From: Chryseobacterium gleum
Lineage (GTDB): Bacteria > Bacteroidota > Bacteroidia > UBA10329
Direction: 5' to 3'
Assembly (NCBI GenBank): GCA_945903645.1
Contig: CAMDOM010000002.1
Coordinates: 36,237 to 100,236 of the forward strand
Length of the DNA: 64,000 nucleotides
Below are positions 49,132-57,842 of the stretch, piece by piece. The position numbers were made by a program, and so were the translations under genes. The notes beneath the pieces are model-generated. The model was not told where the DNA came from and made no database searches. It was given only the letters and a program-made list of their open reading frames with translations. Position 1 is the first letter of the stretch. Each line of letters begins with the position of its first letter.

Positions 49132-51555
49132 TTATCGTGCCAAATGAAAATATCCTTTCAACAATTCAGACCTTCCAGGGATTTCGAGCACATAGTAATA
49201 CACACCATCAGCAGCATTATCCCCATCCCAAGGATTGAGATGGTAGTTTTCTTGTTCGTAAGTTTTGCGTCCCCAACGATCAAAAATGGTCATTTTGTTT
49301 CCCGGATAAAGCTGAAGACATGGTAGGTTAAAGGCATTGTTTTGAGGAGTACTTCCACAGAAATCCATTGCGCCTTCATAATCTGATTCTGGATTGAAGA
49401 TATTGGGCTGAACAATATCGCAGCTTATTACCCGAACTGTTACTTCTACCGTATTCTGAACTCCGCACTGGTCTGTAACAGTAACCGAATAAATCTCTGT
49501 AACCACCGAATCTGGTGGCAATGCATAGGGAACACGAAGCTCGATAGAATCGTTTGCCACCACAAGCTGGCTAACCAACGTGCCTTGCCATGAATAGGTG
49601 TAAGGCGAAAGTCCACCAGTGGCACCAACCCAAAGCGTATCTGCCCAAAGTTCGCAAATGGTAACGGTGTCGGATGCTGAGAAAATAGTGTCCCGGATGC
49701 TTCCAACTAGAGCAGCATACTGCGCTACTGATAGGTTCAAGGTGTCTTCTGCTTCTGTGCCGCATGCATCCGTAGCAGTAATGATAATATCCTCGTCCAC
49801 AATTGGATTCAAGGTATTTGACAAACCATTGAGGCCATTACTCCACGAAACATTGATTGGTGCATTTCCATCATTTACGGTAACATCCACAAGCAAATCG
49901 TTTCCTGGACAAAGCACCGAAGTGTCTGTAAATGCAATGGTTGGGGCAGTGTATGGTATTACTGTGACTGTAACGGTATCGCGAATCGGGCCGGGGAAAC
50001 AGGCATCGGTTACTGCAATTACATAGTTCGTAGTTACTGACGGTTGCACATTTATGGTGCTTCCTGTTTGCCCGCCTGTCCAAGAATAGGAAAATGGAGG
50101 TGTTCCACTAGATGCGATGGCTGTAATATTTGCCGTTTCGCCCGGACAGTCTAATGTTAAATCGCTTGAAGTAGCTAAGGTTGGACTGGGCGCAGAAATG
50201 CTTGCAGGTACTGAGATGGAAACCGTTTGGCTACCAACCCCGCAACTGTCCGTAACTGTTAATGTATACGTAGATGCCGTTGCAGGCGCAACTGCAATAC
50301 CTGTGGTTTCCTCTCCATTGCTCCATTCATAATAATAAGGTGGATTACCTCCACTAACTTGAGAGGTGATATTGGAATAGGTATAAAGTCCAGCACAGCC
50401 AATCAATTCATTGCTGAGTGCGATATTTAACTCATAATCTTCTTTAATGTAGATAACGCCCACACTTTCGATGGTGTCGCCACAAACACTGAGGGAATAG
50501 ATGGTGATAATGATTGTATCGGCAGTGGTTTCCAACAGTCCGTCTTCCAAGGCATTAACCGAAATACTCACCGTAGTTTCTCCTGGCTGAAATACAATTG
50601 AATCTGGAATACCTTCGAAATCAACGCCATCTATTGCATTGCCAGTAACGTAAATTGGCACCGAAACTAGGGTATCGGAAAGCGGGCGAATAAACACAAT
50701 CTCTGCATTGGTGCAGCCTTCCACAATGGAACTATCGCCTGAAAGCGTAGCAATTTCAATTTCAATGGCTTCTGAGAAGAAACTGCGCGCTTCGAGAAAA
50801 ACACCAGAATCGAAGGCATTATCGCCAGCATCGGCAATGGCCAATTTAAGGGTGTAGGTTTCGCCACAGGTTACCGCAGCCAAGGCGGTAAGGGTTACGG
50901 TATAGCCATCGAATACGATGCCGTTAGCGCCACCATTGCCATTGTCAATGTAATATTGGCTATTCACACCATCGTTCACGTTATCAATAGTTACTGGAGT
51001 TACAGTGCTAGGAATCAGGGCAATGTTTACTCCTCCATTGGCAAATGGACCGTTGAAACCTGGACCACTAATTATGAACGCAAACACATCATTGAACCCA
51101 CCATTTACGAATTCGGGATATTCTTCCGAACCAAAAATGTAGTTGAAACGAATAGAATCGCCAATTGGAATAAAATCGAATTGAAGTACAGTAGCGTCAT
51201 GAGTAATGGCCGATGACACCAAATCAAGGTCTGAATCTCCTACTGGATTATTAAAATCGTCAAAAGGGGTGGAAGAAAAATTACCTCCGATACCCGGAAT
51301 GGTTGTAACATCTCCAGATGACATGACCAATCCTTCTGAAATTGGGAAAAGGGAATTAGTAGCTTCGAAAGAAGCTATTTGTTCGGGCTCTCCGCTAAAA
51401 ACGATATTAGAAATCTGCACTCCAGAACCCACCAAAACATCAGACACCAGCTGCTGTGGAGTAAGGCTATTATCAATCACTACTTGGCTCACTCCAAAAA
51501 GCGGTATCCCCAGAAAACCCATTACCACACATGCAAAACCGAGTCTATTTCTCAT
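49132..51555 (-). CDS. Surface adhesin-like protein: choice-of-anchor L domain, Calx-beta/SprB-like Ig repeats, T9SS type B CTD
   Basis: FNYIFGSEEYPEF..FNDVFAF.ISGPG, DSGVF; repeats G.PPY.Y.WS.G...V.D.CG; CTD FDRWG..WDG..DGVYYY..GYFHLAR. Confidence 0.85.
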   Translation of the reverse strand: MRNRLGFACVVMGFLGIPLFGVSQVVIDNSLTPQQLVSDVLVGSGVQISNIVFSGEPEQIASFEATNSLFPISEGLVMSSGDVTTIPGIGGNFSSTPFDDFNNPVGDSDLDLVSSAITHDATVLQFDFIPIGDSIRFNYIFGSEEYPEFVNGGFNDVFAFIISGPGFNGPFANGGVNIALIPSTVTPVTIDNVNDGVNSQYYIDNGNGGANGIVFDGYTVTLTALAAVTCGETYTLKLAIADAGDNAFDSGVFLEARSFFSEAIEIEIATLSGDSSIVEGCTNAEIVFIRPLSDTLVSVPIYVTGNAIDGVDFEGIPDSIVFQPGETTVSISVNALEDGLLETTADTIIITIYSLSVCGDTIESVGVIYIKEDYELNIALSNELIGCAGLYTYSNITSQVSGGNPPYYYEWSNGEETTGIAVAPATASTYTLTVTDSCGVGSQTVSISVPASISAPSPTLATSSDLTLDCPGETANITAIASSGTPPFSYSWTGGQTGSTINVQPSVTTNYVIAVTDACFPGPIRDTVTVTVIPYTAPTIAFTDTSVLCPGNDLLVDVTVNDGNAPINVSWSNGLNGLSNTLNPIVDEDIIITATDACGTEAEDTLNLSVAQYAALVGSIRDTIFSASDTVTICELWADTLWVGATGGLSPYTYSWQGTLVSQLVVANDSIELRVPYALPPDSVVTEIYSVTVTDQCGVQNTVEVTVRVISCDIVQPNIFNPESDYEGAMDFCGSTPQNNAFNLPCLQLYPGNKMTIFDRWGRKTYEQENYHLNPWDGDNAADGVYYYVLEIPGRSELLKGYFHLAR

Positions 51556-51699
51556 CTATTCTTTCAACTTGACTGAACCGCTAAATTAGTTGAATTTCTA
51601 GTGCATTTAGAGCAGAAATTAGGCGCAAAATTCCCTTAATCTTGCCCTTGAATTTAATATGACTTTAGGACAATTGAGCACTCGAATAATGCAATACAC

Positions 51700-52473
51700 A
51701 TGCTAAACAGAACCGAGTTGCACTTCCTTTTGGAGGAAAAATACAACGAATACTGCCGAGCAGAATTTATTGCGGATGACCCGATTCAAATTCCGCATTT
51801 GTTTGAAAAACAAGAAGACCGCGAGATCAGTGGATTGATTGCCGCCACCATAGCTTGGGGACAGCGCCCCACCATAATTCGCAATGCAAAACACGCGATG
51901 GCTTTGATGGGAAATGATCCCCACCGTTTCGTTTTGGAACACAGTGAGCTGGATTTACTCGATTTAAAATCGTTTGTGCATCGCACATTTCAATCGGAAG
52001 ATTTGGTTCATTTTGTTCGGGCGCTGCGGCATATTTATACCACGCACAATTCGCTTGAAGACGTGTTTGTTGATGGTCTAGCACACAACTATACATCCAT
52101 TTTACCAGCATTAGTGCATTTCAAGCAAACTTTTTTTGCGATTCCGCATTTGAAACGCACCCAAAAGCATGTGGCCGACCCCGAGCGTGGTTCATCTGCA
52201 AAACGCCTCAACATGTTTTTGAGATGGATGGTGCGCAGCAACGCTAGAAATGTAGATTTCGGAATGTGGAAGCGCATCTCCCCTGCCCTACTCTCCTGTC
52301 CGCTAGATGTGCATTCGGGCAGAGTGGCCCGGCAGCTTGGCTTATTGCAGCGCACACAAGACGATTGGAAAGCAGTCCAAGAATTAGATGCCGCCTTGCG
52401 CAGTTTCGACCCATTGGACCCCGTGAAATATGACTTTGCGCTTTTTGGCATGGGGGTGAATGAAAAAATTTGA
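51700..52473 (+). CDS. TIGR02757 / DUF2400 family protein (HhH-GPD-like)
   Basis: DDPIQIPH, AWGQR, HRTF, SAKRLNMFLRWMVR, D.G.W, PLDVH, DPVKYDFALFG. Confidence 0.9.
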   Translation: MLNRTELHFLLEEKYNEYCRAEFIADDPIQIPHLFEKQEDREISGLIAATIAWGQRPTIIRNAKHAMALMGNDPHRFVLEHSELDLLDLKSFVHRTFQSEDLVHFVRALRHIYTTHNSLEDVFVDGLAHNYTSILPALVHFKQTFFAIPHLKRTQKHVADPERGSSAKRLNMFLRWMVRSNARNVDFGMWKRISPALLSCPLDVHSGRVARQLGLLQRTQDDWKAVQELDAALRSFDPLDPVKYDFALFGMGVNEKI

Positions 52474-52567
52474 CCCAATTCGAGTTAAGTCTCAATGTTG
52501 AAAAACCGTTACTAAATGAGTTTAAATCGGAACACTCCGTTTTGATCTCTCCCCTATTTTCGCAAGC

Positions 52568-53839
52568 ATGCAACTCTTAAAGGTAATCGAACTATTTGCT
52601 GGTGTGGGTGGCTTTCGGCTGGGCTTAGATGCCGTGCGAAATGCGGACAATCAAAATGCTTTTGAAACCATTTGGAACAACCAATGGGAACCCAATTCCA
52701 AGATTCAGCACGCGTCAAGTATCTATGTCGAATGTTTTGGTGCTGAAGGACATAGCAATGAAGACATCGAGCGCTTGGTGGCCGTAGATTTTTCGAGCAT
52801 TCCAGACCACGATATGTTGGTGGGTGGTTTTCCATGTCAAGACTATTCGGTGGCAAACACCTTGAGTCGGTCTTCGGGGTTGATTGGAAAAAAAGGAGTG
52901 CTGTGGTGGAGCATACACACCATTTTGGAACGCAAAAAGAACCCACCAAAATATCTATTGCTCGAAAATGTGGATCGCCTGTTGCAGTCGCCCGCCAAGC
53001 AGCGCGGTCGCGATTTTGCAGTAATGTTGGCCTCCCTTTCCGATCTTGGCTATGCGGTAGAATGGCGCGTGGTGAATGCCGCAGATTATGGAATGCCCCA
53101 ACGCAGGCGCAGAACTTTCATCATCGGTTATCACAAAACCTCCGAACTCTACGCTACCATTTCAACGCTAGAAAATCCATTCGACCACATTCTTTCTGAT
53201 GGACCAATTGCCACGTCACTGCCCTGCGAGCCAGTAATAAAAGATTGGCCCAAGGAATATGAACTTAAAGGAACGCTGTCTGAAATAACCAACACGTTCA
53301 ACGCTGCCAACGGCCCATCGCAGTTCGAAAACACAGGGTTGATATTCGACCGTAGAGTGTTTACCCTAAAAACAAAACCCGATTATTTGGGCAAGCGCAT
53401 CACCCTTGGGCATGTATTGCAACCCGTAAATGAAGTTCCAGCACAGTTCTTTCTTCCCGAAAATCAATTGGAGAAATGGCGCTATGCCAAGGGTGGAAAA
53501 AGCATAGAACGCACCAGTAAATCTGGACATAAATACAACTTCAAAGAAGGCGGTATGCGTTTTCCAGACTCTCAAAATGCCCCTAGCCGCACGGTAGTGA
53601 CAAGCGAGGGCGGCACCACTCCAAACAGAATGACGCACGTGGTGGAACAAGAAGGCCGACTGCGAAGATTGACACCCATCGAATTGGAACGGCTGAATAT
53701 GTTTCCTGACGGTCACACCGATGGGGTTAGCGACACAAAACGTGCGTTTCTAATGGGCAATGCGTTGGTGGTTGGAGTAATTAGCAAATTGGGGCAAGCC
53801 ATGCACGAAGCCATCACTACAGTAACCGAACCTGCATGA
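52568..53839 (+). CDS. dcm: DNA (cytosine-5)-methyltransferase, Sau3AI-like
   Basis: ELFAGVGG, NQWEP, GGFPCQDYSVA, GKKGVLWW, LENV, PQRRRR, R.LTP.E.ERL, MGNAL. Confidence 0.93.
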   Translation: MQLLKVIELFAGVGGFRLGLDAVRNADNQNAFETIWNNQWEPNSKIQHASSIYVECFGAEGHSNEDIERLVAVDFSSIPDHDMLVGGFPCQDYSVANTLSRSSGLIGKKGVLWWSIHTILERKKNPPKYLLLENVDRLLQSPAKQRGRDFAVMLASLSDLGYAVEWRVVNAADYGMPQRRRRTFIIGYHKTSELYATISTLENPFDHILSDGPIATSLPCEPVIKDWPKEYELKGTLSEITNTFNAANGPSQFENTGLIFDRRVFTLKTKPDYLGKRITLGHVLQPVNEVPAQFFLPENQLEKWRYAKGGKSIERTSKSGHKYNFKEGGMRFPDSQNAPSRTVVTSEGGTTPNRMTHVVEQEGRLRRLTPIELERLNMFPDGHTDGVSDTKRAFLMGNALVVGVISKLGQAMHEAITTVTEPA

Positions 53840-54246
53840 TATATCCCGCTAAAGTGCTCGTGGCATGGGCTGAAGCCATTGGCGGCAATGCTGCCATTCG
53901 CGATTGGCTGCTGCGCAATGGCTACAAGGAATTGGGCTTGTTTGTGTATGCCTTGTATCTGCAAGACGATTCGCGCGATTGGTTGATGAAAAACGGATTC
54001 CCTCATTTGATGGCAACTATTCGCGGGGCCGAAGGAGATGGAAAGGCTATAAATTGGTTAAATACTCACGGATATCAACCTTTAGCAAAGGTTGCGATGG
54101 TGGGCGATGGCGATGAAGATGCCTTGCAATGGTTAAAACAGAACGCTCATGGCGAATTAGCCATTGTAGCGCTGCGGATACGCTCGGTAAAAGACCGCAT
54201 TGAGCTGGACAATCAGGACCATCACAAGTTCAATCCGAACAGTTAG
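53836..54246 (+). CDS. Hypothetical helical protein of four 25-aa repeats
   Basis: Repeated G(N/D)..A..WL..NG(Y/F)..L; ATGA overlap with dcm stop. Confidence 0.7.
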   Translation: MIYPAKVLVAWAEAIGGNAAIRDWLLRNGYKELGLFVYALYLQDDSRDWLMKNGFPHLMATIRGAEGDGKAINWLNTHGYQPLAKVAMVGDGDEDALQWLKQNAHGELAIVALRIRSVKDRIELDNQDHHKFNPNS

Positions 54247-54275
54247 TATTTCGTTCTGGAAAAATCATCTGGTGA

Positions 54276-54291
54276 TGTGACCGAAATCACA
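54276..54291 (+). promoter_or_regulatory. CRP/FNR-family binding site upstream of DUF2892 gene
   Basis: Perfect TGTGA-CCGAAA-TCACA, 20 nt before CACCTTTG (54312-54319). Confidence 0.7.
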
Positions 54292-54364
54292 ACATTAATT
54301 TTTAGTATTTGCACCTTTGTCACGTTCATTTCGAACACGCTCACATTTTAATCACGAAAACAAG

Positions 54365-54571
54365 ATGAAAGAGAACATGGGTACAGTAGATAGAGCAGTA
54401 CGCGCAGCACTTGCTTTGGTAATGATTGGGTTATACTTTGGCAACATCGTAACAGGCACACTTGGCATCGTATTGATGGCCGCAGCAGGTATTTTCTTAT
54501 TAACCAGTCTTATCACTTTTTGCCCGCTTTACACTGTGGTGGGGTTCAATACATGCCCCGCCAAGAAGTAA
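54365..54571 (+). CDS. DUF2892 / YgaP-family small membrane protein
   Basis: MKENMG.VDR..R, two TM helices, FCPLY...G.NTC. Confidence 0.88.
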   Translation: MKENMGTVDRAVRAALALVMIGLYFGNIVTGTLGIVLMAAAGIFLLTSLITFCPLYTVVGFNTCPAKK

Positions 54572-54591
54572 TCTTTTGAATTGCATGAACG

Positions 54592-54627
54592 AAAAAGGCC
54601 GCTCCTTGATTTAGGACTGGCCTTTTT
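54592..54627. terminator. Bidirectional terminator between DUF2892 and rhodanese genes
   Basis: AAAAAGGCC.(GC)TCCT-loop-AGGAC.GGCCTTTTT. Confidence 0.75.
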
Positions 54628-54648
54628 ATTTACCACATTTGGTGGCAA

Positions 54649-54963
54649 TTATTTCGCCATCATAGCCTCAAGGCTGTCCCAACCTCCGCCATTCATCACG
54701 TCAATTCCCGCAGATTTCAATTGGTCAGCTGCCATACCGCTGCGCGCACCCGAACGACAGCAGGTAATGATTGGCTTATTCTTCCGCTTCAAATCATTTA
54801 CCTTGCCTAGGAGCAGGTTAAGTGGAATGTTTACCGAATTGGTAATGTGCCCCGAACGGTACTCGTCTGGTGTGCGCACGTCAATAATCATGGCTCCTTT
54901 TGCGAGCATCTCTTTCACTGCGTCTTGTTTACCTACTCCTCCAAACATTGAAAATAGTCCCAT
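54649..54963 (-). CDS. Single-domain rhodanese (PspE/GlpE-like), start MGLFS
   Basis: IIDVRTP.EY..GHI..S.NIP, active site CCRSGARS, NGGGW. Confidence 0.9.
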   Translation of the reverse strand: MGLFSMFGGVGKQDAVKEMLAKGAMIIDVRTPDEYRSGHITNSVNIPLNLLLGKVNDLKRKNKPIITCCRSGARSGMAADQLKSAGIDVMNGGGWDSLEAMMAK

Positions 54964-55035
54964 GGTGTTTTGTTTATGGTTTATTGATTGATTTAATAGA
55001 ACGGCACAAATTTCCGTACCGACTATTGCTTGTAT

Positions 55036-55051
55036 CGTAACAGATGTCACA
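55036..55051 (-). promoter_or_regulatory. Second CRP/FNR-like site in the rhodanese/cytochrome divergent region
   Basis: Minus strand TGTGA-CATCTG-TTACG, 21 nt before GAAATTTG (55014-55007). Confidence 0.55.
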
Positions 55052-55163
55052 CAAATTCTATCCGAACAAAAGAAGTGCGCTTAGCCAATGACACACGACA
55101 TTTGAAGCGGTGAAATTGCCCAACCAGCATAGTACTTTTAGCGTCTCCATTCGAGTGAAACAC

Positions 55164-57110
55164 ATGAAATCACGTTACAAAATTCTACTCCTCTGCGTCA
55201 TTGCAGCATTTGCATATTTAGGGTCGGAAGCCACATACCGTTGGTCTAGTGTAAAAGCATATCACTCCCATGGCGAGCTCAATTATTTTAGAGGTGCTGG
55301 TGTAGAACTACCTTTAGACGACAATGGATTCTTTATGGCATCGGGCAATTGCGATGGTTGCCATGGCTACGATCCCACTGCATTTGCCAATACCGACAAC
55401 GAAGGCGTAGACATTAGCCCCATTGAAAGTTGGAGAGGAACAATGATGGCAAATTCTGCCAGAGACCCCTTTTGGAAAGCCAAAGTGAGCCACGAGATTA
55501 CCGTAAACCCAACCCACCAACAGGCGTTGGAGGACAAATGTACCAGCTGCCATGCCCCTATGGGCAAATTTGCCTACGACCACTACAATGCTGGCCCTTA
55601 CAGCATGGAAATTTTGGCGCAAGACCCCGTTGGTCAAGACGGGGTATCGTGCCTAGCTTGTCACAAAATGAGCGATGAAAACATTGGAAACACCCACAGT
55701 GGCGAGGTAAACTATTCTCCTTTGGCAGTAGCTTTTGGACCGTTCGAGAAGCCTTTTGAACCGCCCATGCAAGAATTTGTAAGCATCATACCCGTTTATG
55801 GTCAACATATAAATGACGCTGGGTTATGCGCAGGATGCCATACCTTGATTACGGAAAGCGTGGATTTGGAAGGCGCATTCACAGGAACAACCTTTGTGGA
55901 ACAGGCCACCTATCACGAATGGCTCAACTCAGAATTTGCTCTGGAAGGCCCTACTTCCAAAAGCTGCCAAGGATGCCACATGCCGCGAACAAACGATGCA
56001 GTGGTGCTCTCGGCCAACTACACATTTCTTCCAGGAAGAGCGCCCTACGGAAAGCACGAATTAGTAGGCGGCAATACCTTCATGCTCAAGTTGATGAAGC
56101 AAAATATTGAGTTGCTGGGCATTCCATCCACGCCAACGCATTTCGATACTACCATAGCCCGAACTACACGCCTTTTGCAGCAACAAACCCTCGATGTGGA
56201 ACTAACCATGAGTGGCTATACCAACGACTCCGCTTTTTATGAAGTGCTGATCGAAAATAAAGCGGGCCACAAGTTCCCATCTGGCTACCCAAGCCGCAGA
56301 GCGTTTATAGAATTTGTGGTGTTCAAGGAGAATGGCGATACGCTATTCAGTTCTGGAGCGTTGCAAGACAATTATGAGGTGCAGGGACAAAACGGAACTT
56401 TCGAACCGCACTACCAAACCATCACTTCTCCCCAACAGGTGCAGATTTACGAAATGGTATTGGGCGATGTAAACAATGATGTAACTACCGTATTGGAACG
56501 CGCTTTCCAAACCATAAAAGACAACCGACTTACTCCACGCGGGTTTACAACATCTCATGTAGCCTACGACACTACTCGGATTTATGGAATGGCGCTCAAC
56601 GACCCTGACTTTAACTTCGATGGATTTGAGGGTTCTGGAAGCGACAAAGTGCGCTACCATATTCCGCTAAATGGCTACAATGGCACCATCAAAGCACGAG
56701 CTAGAGTGTTCTACCAACCGGTTCCACCCAAGTGGATGAGCGAAATGTTTGCCCTAAGTACTCCCGAAATTGATGCATTTCGAACCATGTATAATACTGC
56801 CGACCAAAGCCCTGTTTTAGTAGCCACGGATTCATTGCTCGACACGCAAATCATTACTTCAATAGTAACCATGAATTCCGCAGCGGCATGGAATGTTTAT
56901 CCTAACCCAACCACCGATGGCATTATCCGATTTGGAACTCAAGACAATGCACCCCAACGGATAGAAGTGTATACCGCTAGTGGCAGTTTGGTGCAAACCC
57001 TATCTGGACAGGCAAGGCAAGCGCAATTGCCATCCACAGCTGGAGTGTATCACATCCGTGCGGTGTTTGCAAACGGTAAAAGTGTGATTCGGAAGGTGGT
57101 GCGGAGATAA
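55164..57110 (+). CDS. Pentaheme c-type cytochrome with T9SS type A C-terminal sorting domain
   Basis: CDGCH, CTSCH, CLACH, CAGCH, CQGCH; N..AGHKFPSG motif; hydrophobic N-terminal signal; CTD VYPNPT.DG...GVY.I...RKVVR. Confidence 0.88.
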   Translation: MKSRYKILLLCVIAAFAYLGSEATYRWSSVKAYHSHGELNYFRGAGVELPLDDNGFFMASGNCDGCHGYDPTAFANTDNEGVDISPIESWRGTMMANSARDPFWKAKVSHEITVNPTHQQALEDKCTSCHAPMGKFAYDHYNAGPYSMEILAQDPVGQDGVSCLACHKMSDENIGNTHSGEVNYSPLAVAFGPFEKPFEPPMQEFVSIIPVYGQHINDAGLCAGCHTLITESVDLEGAFTGTTFVEQATYHEWLNSEFALEGPTSKSCQGCHMPRTNDAVVLSANYTFLPGRAPYGKHELVGGNTFMLKLMKQNIELLGIPSTPTHFDTTIARTTRLLQQQTLDVELTMSGYTNDSAFYEVLIENKAGHKFPSGYPSRRAFIEFVVFKENGDTLFSSGALQDNYEVQGQNGTFEPHYQTITSPQQVQIYEMVLGDVNNDVTTVLERAFQTIKDNRLTPRGFTTSHVAYDTTRIYGMALNDPDFNFDGFEGSGSDKVRYHIPLNGYNGTIKARARVFYQPVPPKWMSEMFALSTPEIDAFRTMYNTADQSPVLVATDSLLDTQIITSIVTMNSAAAWNVYPNPTTDGIIRFGTQDNAPQRIEVYTASGSLVQTLSGQARQAQLPSTAGVYHIRAVFANGKSVIRKVVRR

Positions 57111-57192
57111 TTCGCTAGTAATACGGAACAGAGATAGCAAACCGCGGTGGATGCATACATGCTCAAACCAACCCGTTTAGCCTTCCTATTAC

Positions 57193-57798
57193 CTACAAAT
57201 ACTCAGCCGAAATTACCTTCAAGTTAGCATCCAATTCATAACGCTTGGGCTGGCCAGTGGGCACTTCCACCTTTAGAATTTCTTCGGATGTCAGTTGCTC
57301 AAGGTGCATGATAAGCGCACGCAAACTATTGCCATGTGCAGCGATAATGATGTTCTTTCCCGCCTTTAGTTCGGGAGCAATCACCTTGTCGAAATAAGGA
57401 ATAACGCGGGCAGCAGTGTCTTTTAGGCTTTCACCACCTGGAGGCGGCACATCGTAACTTCTTCTCCAAATGTGCACTTGCTCTTCGCCAAACTCTGCGC
57501 GCGCTTCGTCCTTGTTCATGCCTTGTATATCGCCATACATACGCTCATTTAAGGCTTGGTCTTTCACCACCTGCAAATCGGTTTGGCCTGTTACTTCAAG
57601 TATGTTGACCAACGTGTTTTGCGCACGTTTCAGATCCGAAGTATAGCCCTTATCAAACCGATAGCCTTTCAGTTTTCCGCCAGCAGCGCGTGCTTCTGCT
57701 ATGCCTTTTGGAGCTAGTTCCACATCTACCCAACCCGTGAACCGATTTTGAGCGTTCCATTCAGATTGTCCATGGCGAATGATGATGAGTGTTGACAT
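57193..57798 (-). CDS. gpmA: 2,3-bisphosphoglycerate-dependent phosphoglycerate mutase
   Basis: [40 protein letters not shown]. Confidence 0.95.
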   Translation of the reverse strand: MSTLIIIRHGQSEWNAQNRFTGWVDVELAPKGIAEARAAGGKLKGYRFDKGYTSDLKRAQNTLVNILEVTGQTDLQVVKDQALNERMYGDIQGMNKDEARAEFGEEQVHIWRRSYDVPPPGGESLKDTAARVIPYFDKVIAPELKAGKNIIIAAHGNSLRALIMHLEQLTSEEILKVEVPTGQPKRYELDANLKVISAEYL

Positions 57799-57804
57799 TA
57801 TATA

Positions 57805-57839
57805 GAATTACGAATGATGAATTACGAATTACGAATAAC
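57805..57839. repeat. Heptamer tandem repeat (GAATTAC)x5, degenerate
   Basis: GAATTAC GAATGAT GAATTAC GAATTAC GAATAAC fills the intergenic gap. Confidence 0.7.
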
Positions 57840-57842
57840 AAA

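Noticed and set aside
52568-54246. Complete type II restriction-modification system
   Set aside because: Downstream ORF is a short helical repeat protein with no PD-(D/E)xK, HNH or MutH-like features
54581-54991. 136-aa plus-strand ORF
   Set aside because: Antisense to the rhodanese gene and runs through a terminator
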